The translations under genes were made by a program, and so were the position numbers. DNA of 64,000 bases from an uncultured Methanosarcinales archaeon (lineage in GTDB: Archaea > Nanobdellota > Nanobdellia > Woesearchaeales > DATGWN01). Within the stretch, counting starts at the first letter, position 1. Each line of letters opens with the position of its first letter. A model generated the notes under the pieces. The model ran no database searches. It was not told the origin of the DNA and was given only the letters and a program-made list of their open reading frames with translations. Where the stretch lies: the NCBI GenBank assembly GCA_964557345.1, contig CAZKZU010000001.1:555-64554 (forward strand). The letters are read 5' to 3'. This document shows positions 8,813-18,474 of this stretch, piece by piece.

Positions 8813-10870
8813 TCATATATCCTTCACCGTAACACTTTCAAATCCGAATACATCAACAGCTTTAATACAAATTTTTCTTCGACCTGACTTTTTTGGAACT
8901 ATTAATTTTGCTGATTTAATCACCCTAAACTCATCACCATCATTATCTGTGTTTTGACGATAATCCTGCCATTTACTTCTAAAAACTTCTCCATCATAAT
9001 CTGGATCAATACTCCAATATTCGATCAAAGATAAAGGATCTTCCTGAATTACTTTATCCAGTTTTTCTTTATTTTCTTTATCCAACGGTAATGCATCAGG
9101 AGAAAGAAGAACGTAATTTTCCAGTTCAATTTCAATTTCATCTTCGTCATCACTATATTTTTTTGTTTTAACTGGTTTAACAGTTAAATATTGTAAAGAA
9201 GAAAACTTAACCTTTTCTGATTTAATTAAGTCTTGATAACTTGTTTTTGATTTTAATTTATCAAGCAAATCAGGAGGAATTACTAAAACTTCAAGTTTAT
9301 CATCGTTTAAACTACTTAAAATTTTACCTATATTAACATCAAAATTCCATCCAAGAACAATAACTTTATCCCAACCGCCCATAAAACTAGCTCTCAATTC
9401 TTGAGCTTTTTTAAGCGTACTATATCCAGTTAATTTAGATGGAGAATCAACAATAACTAAAATCTTACTAAGTTTAATATATCCAAAATTATTTGGAATC
9501 CCTTCCTGTTGAGGAAAAGGCAAAGCGCCGAAAAGATTTATCACAACTTGAGATAAATCTCCAATAGTCTTAAACTCTGATTTCTCAAACTGTTCTTTTT
9601 GATAATCTCCTATTGATTGATATAAAAAAGGCTTCGCCTCTTGATCAATTAATCGCTTTCTCTGAATCATGCATGCAGGTTTTCCTAATTCACACATAAT
9701 CCAATTTCTTTTTAATTCTTCAGAAGCTATACCTGTTGTTCCAGAGCCTGCAAAAAAGTCTGCAACAATATCATTTTCTCTTGATGCCATTTCAATAATC
9801 CTTTTCAAAAAATTAGGAGATTTGGCAGTTAAAAAATCACTATTATAATCATAAGCAATAACATCATCCCATAGTGTATCGCAAATAGTATATTCCTTCG
9901 GAGCTAAGAAATATTCGGGCATACCGCTACTACCTAACCTAATAAATTCTAAATCAGAATGTTCTAAGGCATATTCATCCAAGGATAAATCATCACGATA
10001 TTTTTTTAAATATATATTATAATTTTCAACTGCTTTTTCAGCTCTATCTTTATTCCACATCCACTGACCTGTAGTAATTTTTACACCTAATAACTCATAT
10101 CTTAATGTAGGCCTATCTGCTGGTTGTTTGAATCCATGCCAATACCCTTTTCGAAAAAATTCTTTAGTAGGGGCATTAAATTTAACAGAAGAAGTTTTCG
10201 CGTATACATAAACTGAATCCCCAAATAAATTAAGAGAATTTAATTTGTCGAATTGTTTGGTTAGATTCTTATTAATTCTTCTGGTCACTATCTCGTTTCT
10301 AAAATTCTCTTTTCCAAATATATCATCCATAATAACTTTAACATAATGTCCAACATGCCAATCAATATGTACATAAATCGAACCTTGTTCTGATAATAAC
10401 TCTCTCATTAAAATTAATCGAGGTATCATCATTTGCAAATATGAAGCTGTTCCATCTTTCCAGGTATCAGAATAAGCGAATTGCTCTATTACTGTTGGCT
10501 TTTGTTCAATATCTGTTCCTGGAAGATGAATTTTAGTTCTATAATCCGCTTTAGAATCAAATGGTGGATCTATGTAAATCAAATTAATTTTTCCGCGCAT
10601 GGACGACATTCCTGTTTGAGGATCGCCTGCAAGTAATGCTTGCATCGCAAGTAGATTATCTCCATAAATCATTCTGTTAAGCCAATCCTTTTTTCCTAAT
10701 TCTTTAACACTCTGACCAAAGAAACCGCCTTTTGCTTTTGTTGGAAGAACTAATTCATTTGTCTGCAAAGTAACACGATTAGGTTTAGAAAGCCCATCTA
10801 AAATCTTTTGAGCTTCCTTTTTACCTTTTTCAATTATTTTTGGTAATTCTTCTATTAATGAGGCAGGCAT
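8813..10870 (-). CDS. mod: Type III R-M Mod subunit (beta-class N6-adenine DNA methyltransferase)
   Basis: Motif IV IYIDPPFDS precedes motif I DFFAGSGTTG; 685 aa; followed co-directionally by res. Confidence 0.85.
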   Translation of the reverse strand: MPASLIEELPKIIEKGKKEAQKILDGLSKPNRVTLQTNELVLPTKAKGGFFGQSVKELGKKDWLNRMIYGDNLLAMQALLAGDPQTGMSSMRGKINLIYIDPPFDSKADYRTKIHLPGTDIEQKPTVIEQFAYSDTWKDGTASYLQMMIPRLILMRELLSEQGSIYVHIDWHVGHYVKVIMDDIFGKENFRNEIVTRRINKNLTKQFDKLNSLNLFGDSVYVYAKTSSVKFNAPTKEFFRKGYWHGFKQPADRPTLRYELLGVKITTGQWMWNKDRAEKAVENYNIYLKKYRDDLSLDEYALEHSDLEFIRLGSSGMPEYFLAPKEYTICDTLWDDVIAYDYNSDFLTAKSPNFLKRIIEMASRENDIVADFFAGSGTTGIASEELKRNWIMCELGKPACMIQRKRLIDQEAKPFLYQSIGDYQKEQFEKSEFKTIGDLSQVVINLFGALPFPQQEGIPNNFGYIKLSKILVIVDSPSKLTGYSTLKKAQELRASFMGGWDKVIVLGWNFDVNIGKILSSLNDDKLEVLVIPPDLLDKLKSKTSYQDLIKSEKVKFSSLQYLTVKPVKTKKYSDDEDEIEIELENYVLLSPDALPLDKENKEKLDKVIQEDPLSLIEYWSIDPDYDGEVFRSKWQDYRQNTDNDGDEFRVIKSAKLIVPKKSGRRKICIKAVDVFGFESVTVKDI

Positions 10871-10968
10871 AGGTTTACAAAAGTTACTTATCGTTTAAAT
10901 ATGTTACGCTAATTGATACTCTATATGTTATTCTAGTTTATATGTAGATTATTACGCTATATGTATTT

Positions 10969-11223
10969 ATGAAGGAAAATCTATCTTTGTTAAGAAGTAA
11001 GCTAAAAAGGGATGTTTTGATGCTTTTAGAGGATAAAGAGCTTTCTCCAGTGATGATTGCTAAGCAATTGAAAAAACCAAGACCTAGTATAAGTAGGATA
11101 ATATTAGAATTAAAGGATAAGGATTATGTTTATTGTATTGATGAAAAGAAAGATAGGTGGCGATTCTATAAAGCAACTCCAAAGGGTAAGAAAACTTTAG
11201 ATGATATAAAAAAGTATGTTTGA
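10969..11223 (+). CDS. Small winged-HTH transcriptional regulator, divergent from mod
   Basis: 84 aa with a wHTH-like SPVMIAKQLKKPRPSISRIILELKDKDYV segment. Divergent promoter region shared with the R-M operon. Confidence 0.4.
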   Translation: MKENLSLLRSKLKRDVLMLLEDKELSPVMIAKQLKKPRPSISRIILELKDKDYVYCIDEKKDRWRFYKATPKGKKTLDDIKKYV

Positions 11224-11253
11224 ATAAATTAGAATTGTTAATATGATTTCTTG

Positions 11254-11808
11254 TTAAATAATGTCTTCAATTACTTTTACAAATGCTTTAGCTCTTTTTA
11301 GTGATGTTTTTGCTTTTTCTTTTTCTGCATTTTTTCCAAGTTCGTATGTGAATATTTTTCTTTTATTCATTTCTGCTGAGAAATCATCAATCATTTCAAA
11401 TACTCTGTTTTCTGAAATTTGCATGAGTTCTTCAGCTTCATTTATTGCTTGTTTATATTCTTCAATAAAGTGTTTTTTTAGTAATTTATTTTGATTGATA
11501 AAATAATATATTATTGCGTGATATGTGAAGCGATGGATACCGTATTCAGACTTTATTTTGTGATTATATTTTGCAAGAAGTGCTGTAGCTGCAAAGAACA
11601 TGGAGTAATAAGCACTGTTAATTACCCAAAGATACGTATTTATTTTTTCAGTTTCAGATATGTCAAAAAGCCTATTTGATACAATTATTGATTGTTTTGC
11701 TTTATCTAGAAAAAAATGATCTGTTCCTTCAATTGATTTAGTAATAATTCCTTCGGAAATGGCTCTTTTAATTATTTTATCGCTTTCGTTTAATTTATTA
11801 GTATCCAT
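11254..11808 (-). CDS. HEPN-like all-alpha protein, partner of the upstream nucleotidyltransferase
   Basis: All-helical 184 aa. Overlaps the upstream NTase gene by 11 nt. Paralog of 55755..56249. No canonical Rx4-6H motif. Confidence 0.35.
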   Translation of the reverse strand: MDTNKLNESDKIIKRAISEGIITKSIEGTDHFFLDKAKQSIIVSNRLFDISETEKINTYLWVINSAYYSMFFAATALLAKYNHKIKSEYGIHRFTYHAIIYYFINQNKLLKKHFIEEYKQAINEAEELMQISENRVFEMIDDFSAEMNKRKIFTYELGKNAEKEKAKTSLKRAKAFVKVIEDII

Positions 11809-12391
11809 TTTTTGTCTTTAATGTATTAATAAATTGCTCGTATCCTGTGATTACATAATGATTTTTTTCAATTTCGTTCCAAACGTTTATTGTTTTAGAT
11901 AGCCACATTTCTTTTAAATCCAGTTTTTTTATTATATTTATATCTGCATTATATAGTGAAAGCTGGTTTTTGATAACTCTTTCAAATTTATCTCTATTTA
12001 TGTCGTCATTAATTATAAATAGTAAATCCATATCTGAATTTTTTGTCGAGGCTCCTTTCGCATAGCTTCCGAATAAAATGCATGCAAAATTATATTCTAC
12101 GTTTAGAAGAGTTTCTTGGATGTTTTTTAAAGTTTTGTCTTTTTTTTCCGAAAATCTTTCCATTTCAACTGTTACATATTCGAGATTACATTTTTTGAAA
12201 TTAAGCTTTATAACTTTAGCAGAGCCTATTTTATTTGTGTTTATTAGCTCTTTTTTTTCTAATCCCTTTATTATTTTATGTGTTTGAGGATATTTTTGGT
12301 TTAATTTTTCGGATATTTTTTTGATAGATATATCTGTGGTGAAATCCTCGAACAATATTTTCAATATTTGGTATTCGTTTTTCTTTAACAT
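11798..12391 (-). CDS. wHTH-fused minimal nucleotidyltransferase (MNT/Pol-beta superfamily)
   Basis: GSYAKGASTKNSDMDLLFI (GS..D.D NTase motif) and an N-terminal wHTH-like segment. Paralog of 55187..55768. Confidence 0.6.
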   Translation of the reverse strand: MLKKNEYQILKILFEDFTTDISIKKISEKLNQKYPQTHKIIKGLEKKELINTNKIGSAKVIKLNFKKCNLEYVTVEMERFSEKKDKTLKNIQETLLNVEYNFACILFGSYAKGASTKNSDMDLLFIINDDINRDKFERVIKNQLSLYNADINIIKKLDLKEMWLSKTINVWNEIEKNHYVITGYEQFINTLKTKNGY

Positions 12392-12640
12392 TTTTGATAT
12401 AATTATTTTATTATATATATATAATAATATTGTTATATTTATATGTTTTATGATTTAAATTCCGCATTTAGTTGTTAAAACTCTAGTATTTAATCAAGTC
12501 GTTTTACAAATGCGCCATTTTCAAATTCTAGAAAATTTTGAATTTTTGATGTATTGACTTGTGATTCTTTTGCCGTTTTTGACAGATAGTTTTATATATT
12601 ATTAGATAATACTTTTTTATATATTGATTGGACTTGTAGT

Positions 12641-13372
12641 ATGGTTAACAAAACATTTATTTTTGATATGGATGATACTCTTGTTCACACTCATTATTTG
12701 TTTTCTAGAGCGAAATCTGATTTTGTAAAATTTGTTGCAGATACTTTAGGACCTAGAGCTCCTGATATTATGGATATTTTAAAAATGCATGAAAAGATGG
12801 ATGTTGAGCTCACTAACACATTAGGATTTAAGATAGAGAGATTTCCGACTTCATTATCTAGAACTTATCTCGATATTTCTCAAAAGTTAAATGAATCTGA
12901 TTCAGATAGAGATAATCATGCTAGTCAAGCGTATAAAATAGGTGAAGATGTTTTTGATGAGAAATTTTGGCATAAAGATTTAGTATCAAATGCAATAATG
13001 GCTCTTAATTTTTTACTTACTCAAGGAGATGAACTTTTTTTAATAACAACTGGGGATTATAAGATTCAACAAAAAAAGATTGAACATTATAATCTTAGTT
13101 TTTGGTTTAGAAATAATATTGATATAGTTTCTTGTGGGAAAAAAGAAAAAATTGATGCTATTTGTTCTTCCCGGGATAAAAGAAATACTTGGTTTGTTGG
13201 TAATTCAGTAAAGAGCGATATTGTCCCTTCTCTTGAAGCGGGAATTGGGGCTATTTATATTCCTTTTGAGACTTGGGCCTATGAGAATCATACACTTGAT
13301 AATGTGGATAAAAGTCGTTTGATTAAATTAGATGAAATAGGCCTAATTCCTGAGATTTATTTTAATTTGTAG
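12641..13372 (+). CDS. HAD-superfamily hydrolase
   Basis: N-terminal FIFDMDDTLV (DxDxT) motif; 243 aa. Confidence 0.6.
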   Translation: MVNKTFIFDMDDTLVHTHYLFSRAKSDFVKFVADTLGPRAPDIMDILKMHEKMDVELTNTLGFKIERFPTSLSRTYLDISQKLNESDSDRDNHASQAYKIGEDVFDEKFWHKDLVSNAIMALNFLLTQGDELFLITTGDYKIQQKKIEHYNLSFWFRNNIDIVSCGKKEKIDAICSSRDKRNTWFVGNSVKSDIVPSLEAGIGAIYIPFETWAYENHTLDNVDKSRLIKLDEIGLIPEIYFNL

Positions 13373-13491
13373 TTATTTTATATTAGTTTTTGTAAAAAAA
13401 TATTTTATTTTCAATTTTTTTCAATTATTATGAACGTTCTTCGAACTAATTATGCAAACTATTTTATTTTATTTGTTTTTTATATTTATTT

Positions 13492-13830
13492 ATGGAAATT
13501 TGGATAAAAGTAGATGATTTATGGGAAAAATTTAAAAATATGTGTTATATCAATGGATATAACATGAAAAAAGACATATTGCGATATCCTCGATTGGATA
13601 CAATTTTAATGGTTGAAAGTTTTATTCAGAAGAAAGATGGGATGTTTAAGAAAAGAAAACTCTGGGAAAGTCTTCCTAAGAAAATGATGTATCAGACTTT
13701 TTGTGTAATTATAGATTATTTAGTAGTTTCTCATAAAATTTCAATCGACAAAGAGGGGAAAATTGGGTGGATATATTATCCTAAAAGCAACAAAAATGTT
13801 AAGAAAGATAGTAGTTTGTTTTGGAAGTGA
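13492..13830 (+). CDS. Hypothetical protein, possible antitoxin partner of the downstream RelE-like gene
   Basis: 112 aa; overlaps the downstream gene by 10 nt; no recognisable motif. Confidence 0.2.
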   Translation: MEIWIKVDDLWEKFKNMCYINGYNMKKDILRYPRLDTILMVESFIQKKDGMFKKRKLWESLPKKMMYQTFCVIIDYLVVSHKISIDKEGKIGWIYYPKSNKNVKKDSSLFWK

Positions 13831-14165
13831 AAATGATTTTACCTTCTAAAGTAAGATTTTTAGATAAATCTTTACAAGATGCTTATTTTTCTTTACAAAG
13901 CGGATTTGATGATGAGAAAAAACTTTTTAAGAGTTTGAATAAAGCCTTTACTGAAATAGAAAAAAATGCTTTTTGTGGTATACAAGTACCAAAAAATCTA
14001 ATTCCTAAAAGATATATTAAGAATGATATTGTAAATATTTGGAAGTATAATCTTCCTAACGGTTGGAGATTATTATATTCTGTTGAAAATCAAAAGATAT
14101 GTGTTGTTTCAATAGTAATAGAATGGTTGGATCATAAGTCTTATGAGAGGAGGTTTAAATATTAG
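13821..14165 (+). CDS. RelE/ParE-family toxin-like protein
   Basis: C-terminal YNLPNGWRLLYSVENQKICVVSIVIEWLDHKSYE matches the RelE/ParE core pattern (W/YRl.Y.v......v.vl.i.H....Y). Confidence 0.4.
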   Translation: MEVKMILPSKVRFLDKSLQDAYFSLQSGFDDEKKLFKSLNKAFTEIEKNAFCGIQVPKNLIPKRYIKNDIVNIWKYNLPNGWRLLYSVENQKICVVSIVIEWLDHKSYERRFKY

Positions 14166-14611
14166 AAACGAATATGTTTTATCATATCTTCTAGATTTGT
14201 TATTATGTATTTTGGTTGTTCTAGTGCATTTTGCGGAGTTTCATTTGCAAATTTTCCAGATTTATACCAAATTGTTTTCATTCCCAGAATATTTCCCAGT
14301 CTTATTTCACTTTTGACTCTATCTCCAACAATTGCTGTTTGCGAATAGGTCGTATTCATAATTCTTGTGCATTCTTGAAGATTTGATTCTGTTTTTTCGC
14401 CTTCGACAACTTGGATGTTTAGAAAATATTTATCTAGACCTAATTGTGCGATTTGTTCTCTTCTCTCGTCTTTTGTTTTTTTACTTAATAGGCAGAGTTT
14501 GTATCCGTCTTTGATTAATGTATCTAATATTTTTAGAACTCCTGGAGTTAATTGCTGTGTATCTGGATCATACAACGTTCTATTGAAATCAAATATAATT
14601 CCTTTTATCAT
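14162..14611 (-). CDS. HAD-like hydrolase (variant DxN motif)
   Basis: N-terminal GIIFDFNRTLYDP and HAD-like C-terminal half; 149 aa. Confidence 0.45.
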   Translation of the reverse strand: MIKGIIFDFNRTLYDPDTQQLTPGVLKILDTLIKDGYKLCLLSKKTKDERREQIAQLGLDKYFLNIQVVEGEKTESNLQECTRIMNTTYSQTAIVGDRVKSEIRLGNILGMKTIWYKSGKFANETPQNALEQPKYIITNLEDMIKHIRF

Positions 14612-14766
14612 GTCGCATTATGCTTTTTATATATTTAATTGTGATATCTTTGCATTGATAAATGTATATATTATTAGGAATATAGTTTATATTTGCTGTT
14701 TAATCCGTAAATCCTTCACTTTTTGAAAAGCAAACTTTAAATACTTGAAAATCTATATACTTACTA

Positions 14767-15744
14767 ATGGAATCTGTTATTTCTGTATTAAATCTGTCAA
14801 AGGGGTTTAAGACTAAACTTAAGGAAGAAGGTCTCAAAGGTAGTTTTAAGGCTTTATTTAAGCCTGAGTATAAAGTTATTAAGGCAGTAGATAGTATTTC
14901 GTTTGATATTAAAAAAGGAGAGATTGTGGCTTTTATTGGGCCTAATGGTGCAGGGAAGTCTACTACTCTTAAAATTTTATCAGGGATACTTTATGCTGAT
15001 TCTGGAAAATGTGTTGTTGATGGATTAAATTCACAAAAAGATAGAAAGAAATTAGCTTATAAGATTGGAACTGTTTTTGGACAAAAACCTCAACTTTGGT
15101 TTCATCTTCCTGCGATTGATTCATTTAGGCTTTTTGCTAGTATTTATGATTTGAAGAAAAAAGATTATGAACCAAGAATGTATGAGCTATTTGATTTGTT
15201 TGAAATTAATGATATAATTACTCAACCTGTAAGAAAATTATCTTTAGGACAGAGAATGAGATGTGAAGTTGCTTTAGCATTGTTGCATAAACCGGAAATC
15301 CTTTTCCTTGATGAACCAACTATTGGTTTAGATGTAGTTGTAAAAAAGAATTTGCGTGAATTAATTAAGAAAATCAATAAGGAAGAAAAAGTTACAGTTA
15401 TTTTAACAAGCCACGATATGGGAGACGTTGAGGATATTTGTAAAAGAGCGATTATTATCAACAAGGGTAAAATAATTTATGATGATTTACTGGATAATAT
15501 TAAGAAGAAATATTTAGGTGTTAAATTAATTACTATAATTACCGAAGATTTTGTTAAAGAAATCAAGAAGAAAGGAGTCAAATTAATTAAGAAAAATAAA
15601 TTTAGTATGAGTATTGAAGTAGATACAAAACTTATGAGTATGAAAAATTTAATAGAAGAAATTACTGAACAAAATTCAATTAAAGATATAACTATTGAAG
15701 AGACTCCTATTGAGGAGATTATTTCGAAGATCTTTAAGGAATGA
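14767..15744 (+). CDS. ABC transporter ATP-binding protein (ABC-2 type) with a C-terminal extension
   Basis: Walker A GPNGAGKST, signature LSLGQRMR, Walker B LFLDEPT. Confidence 0.85.
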   Translation: MESVISVLNLSKGFKTKLKEEGLKGSFKALFKPEYKVIKAVDSISFDIKKGEIVAFIGPNGAGKSTTLKILSGILYADSGKCVVDGLNSQKDRKKLAYKIGTVFGQKPQLWFHLPAIDSFRLFASIYDLKKKDYEPRMYELFDLFEINDIITQPVRKLSLGQRMRCEVALALLHKPEILFLDEPTIGLDVVVKKNLRELIKKINKEEKVTVILTSHDMGDVEDICKRAIIINKGKIIYDDLLDNIKKKYLGVKLITIITEDFVKEIKKKGVKLIKKNKFSMSIEVDTKLMSMKNLIEEITEQNSIKDITIEETPIEEIISKIFKE

Positions 15745-15800
15745 TTTTTAATTTTTATCTAGTTTTGAATTAAGTTAGATTATAATTTGGTTTTTGAAAA

Positions 15801-16589
15801 ATGACAATAAATAAATATGTTCAAATTGCGAAGATTAATTTTGCAAATAGTTTTGTGTATACTTTTGATGTTTTGTCTAGAGCGGGTTTTATTGCTTTAA
15901 TTATTTATATTTTTTCTTGTATGTGGAAAGTGATTTACGCTTCTGGCAATAGTATGTATGGTTTTACTATCGCCACAGTTATTTGGTATTTGGTAATGAC
16001 TGAAGCTATTGCAACTTCTTTATCAAAAGTCGTTGAAGAAATAGGAGATGAAATAAAATCTGGAAGTATTGCAAATTATTTGAATAAGCCTTATAATTAT
16101 ATCGCGTATAAGTATTCATCCGCGATTGGAATTGCGATGTATAAGTTTATGTTTATTTTTTTATTTGGAGGAATTGTCGCATATATAACTGTTGGAGGTT
16201 TTGCATTTTCATGGACCGCACTAATTCCTGTTGCAATTTGTGCATTTTTAGCAATAACTTTAGATTTTGTAATTATGGCAACACTTGGCATATTTGCATT
16301 TTGGTTTGAAGATGCTCGTGCATTAAGTTTTTTATATCAAAAATTTTTATTTACTATTGGAGGAATGTTAATTCCGCTAGAATTTTTTCCTGATTGGTTG
16401 GCATATGTTAGTAAGTTTTTACCATTCAGTTATATCTCTTATGCACCTGCAAAATTATTTGTTAGTTATAGTTTTACCGCCTTTATTAACACTGCTTTAT
16501 TTCAAATTATGTGGATTTTTATCTTTTTAATATTAAGTTATGTGCTTTATAGATTTTGTGAGAAGAGGTTATCTGTAAATGGCGGATAA
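15801..16589 (+). CDS. ABC-2 family permease
   Basis: Six-TM hydrophobic protein immediately after the ABC ATPase; overlaps the next permease by 11 nt. Confidence 0.55.
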   Translation: MTINKYVQIAKINFANSFVYTFDVLSRAGFIALIIYIFSCMWKVIYASGNSMYGFTIATVIWYLVMTEAIATSLSKVVEEIGDEIKSGSIANYLNKPYNYIAYKYSSAIGIAMYKFMFIFLFGGIVAYITVGGFAFSWTALIPVAICAFLAITLDFVIMATLGIFAFWFEDARALSFLYQKFLFTIGGMLIPLEFFPDWLAYVSKFLPFSYISYAPAKLFVSYSFTAFINTALFQIMWIFIFLILSYVLYRFCEKRLSVNGG

Positions 16590-17409
16590 GAAAATTGAAG
16601 GGAAGGTTAATGGAACTTTTTTTGGAAATATTTTGAGCCATATTAAACTTCATTATGAGTATATGAAGGTAGCTTTTAGTACTGCTATGGAATATAAGAC
16701 TAACTTTTTTGTTCAGACAACATCTATGATTATTAATGATGTATTTTGGATTTTATTTTGGGTATTATTTTTTGATAAAATAACTAATATTAGAGGATGG
16801 GGTGCACACGAAGTAATTTTACTTATTGGTATTACTGCTTTTGCATACGGTGTTTGTGGGTTTATGTTTGGTAATTATAGTAAAATAGCTAATATTGTTG
16901 CGGAAGGAAGACTTGACTTTTATTTAGTTTTGCCTAAGAATCAATTGTATCATGTGCTTATGAGCAGGTCTAGCTTTTATGATTTAGGGGATATTATTGT
17001 GGGTTTAGCATTAATGATACTTTTACTTCCAATTGGGCTTTGGCCATTATATTTAGTTTTGTGCTTACTTAGCACTATTTTGTTTATGGCATTTGGGATA
17101 TTGGTAAATTCATTTGCATTTTGGGTTGGGAATATGGAAGAGGCAAGTCGTCAGATGCAGATGGGTTTATTGTCTGTATCAATGTATCCTTGGGGGATAT
17201 ATGAAGGTGCAGCTAAATTTATTTTAATGTTTATAATTCCAGCTGGATTTTTAGCAGGAATTCCTGTAGAGATATTGCAGAATTTTAGTTGGGAGTGGTT
17301 ATTTTATACAGCAATTTGCGCATTCGTATTTTTAGGTCTTGCTATTTTTGTATTCAATCGCGGATTGAAGAGATATGAAAGTGGAAATTGGTTGTATGTT
17401 AGAACTTAA
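16579..17409 (+). CDS. ABC-2 family permease (second subunit)
   Basis: Polytopic membrane protein, operonic with the ATPase and first permease. Confidence 0.55.
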   Translation: MADKKIEGKVNGTFFGNILSHIKLHYEYMKVAFSTAMEYKTNFFVQTTSMIINDVFWILFWVLFFDKITNIRGWGAHEVILLIGITAFAYGVCGFMFGNYSKIANIVAEGRLDFYLVLPKNQLYHVLMSRSSFYDLGDIIVGLALMILLLPIGLWPLYLVLCLLSTILFMAFGILVNSFAFWVGNMEEASRQMQMGLLSVSMYPWGIYEGAAKFILMFIIPAGFLAGIPVEILQNFSWEWLFYTAICAFVFLGLAIFVFNRGLKRYESGNWLYVRT

Positions 17410-17426
17410 GGCGCCATACTAAATTC

Positions 17427-17855
17427 TTAGATTATTTTTTTTATGTTCTTAACAGCTGTTAAATATTCTTTTCCAAATAATACTTTTCTTTTTCTTAGAT
17501 CGATATTAATTGCACCAATGATTAGCTTTGGAATTATATGGTAATGTATATGTTCAATAGATTTTCCTATTTTTTTCATATTTCCTTCTATATATAAAAT
17601 CGAAGCGTCATGATACTGTTTTTGGATTTTAGTCATAGCTAAATTAACTAGACTGTCTACACTTTCTTTTTCTTGTTTTGTTAATTCTTTTAGTGTTATG
17701 GCGTGTCTTTTTGGAACAACTAAAAGATGATCTTTAGTATAAGGTGCTTTTGCAAGAATTAATCTTGCGTGCTTATTTTCTTTTAAAATTTCATTATCTT
17801 CTAAATTACAAAAAGGACATTTTGTTATATTTTTAATAAATGTTTTGTAAAACAT
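17427..17855 (-). CDS. HIT-family (histidine triad) nucleotide hydrolase
   Basis: HIHYHIIP histidine-triad motif near the C-terminus; 142 aa. Confidence 0.75.
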   Translation of the reverse strand: MFYKTFIKNITKCPFCNLEDNEILKENKHARLILAKAPYTKDHLLVVPKRHAITLKELTKQEKESVDSLVNLAMTKIQKQYHDASILYIEGNMKKIGKSIEHIHYHIIPKLIIGAINIDLRKRKVLFGKEYLTAVKNIKKII

Positions 17856-18030
17856 GAATTATTAGATTTAATAATAGCTATAAAAATGTATCCATGGCTA
17901 TAGTCTTTAGAAAACGTACTGATACGATTGTTTTATATTTTAGGCGTGGCAGGGAGGAGGTTGTGTAAATATATGTATTGTCTGCGGAGTTATAAAATCG
18001 ATACCTTTTTAAATATATTAATGACTATTT

Positions 18031-18465
18031 ATGGATATGGGTAATCAAGAAATGTTTGATGATGAGTATTTTGGTAAGCATAGAGTAAGTAATACTAGAG
18101 CTCCAGAAAAGGATGATCAAAAAGTTTACAAGTACCTTAATGTTAAAAATATGCCTGTTAAAAAGGAAGTTGTTGTACCTGTTGAAGAAAATGCAGCAGA
18201 GGCAGATGAACTTGATCAAGAAATGGAAGATTCTAATAAATCAAGAACTTTTAATTTTAATTTAAATTTAAACACTGAAATCCTGAAACTCTTGATTTCT
18301 GGCTTTATGGGAGGATTAATTATCTTTATTTTCGGTTTGAAATATATTCTTAAATTTCCAGTGTTTAGCTTTGTTTTCTGGGCTAGTGTTATTGAAGTTT
18401 TCTTAATGGCAACAATTGTAGTAATTGTCTTAGGATTTATTTTCTCAATGTTAAAGCGGGATTAA
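18031..18465 (+). CDS. Hypothetical protein: acidic N-terminal half, two C-terminal TM helices
   Basis: Composition and hydrophobicity only. Confidence 0.25.
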   Translation: MDMGNQEMFDDEYFGKHRVSNTRAPEKDDQKVYKYLNVKNMPVKKEVVVPVEENAAEADELDQEMEDSNKSRTFNFNLNLNTEILKLLISGFMGGLIIFIFGLKYILKFPVFSFVFWASVIEVFLMATIVVIVLGFIFSMLKRD

Positions 18466-18474
18466 GTAATCACG

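Noticed and set aside
17925-17995. Short GC-rich stretch (ggcgtggcagggaggaggttgtg) upstream of the 18031 ORF considered as an RNA gene
   Set aside because: It is too short, with no cloverleaf or conserved hairpin. More likely a ribosome-binding or promoter-proximal sequence.
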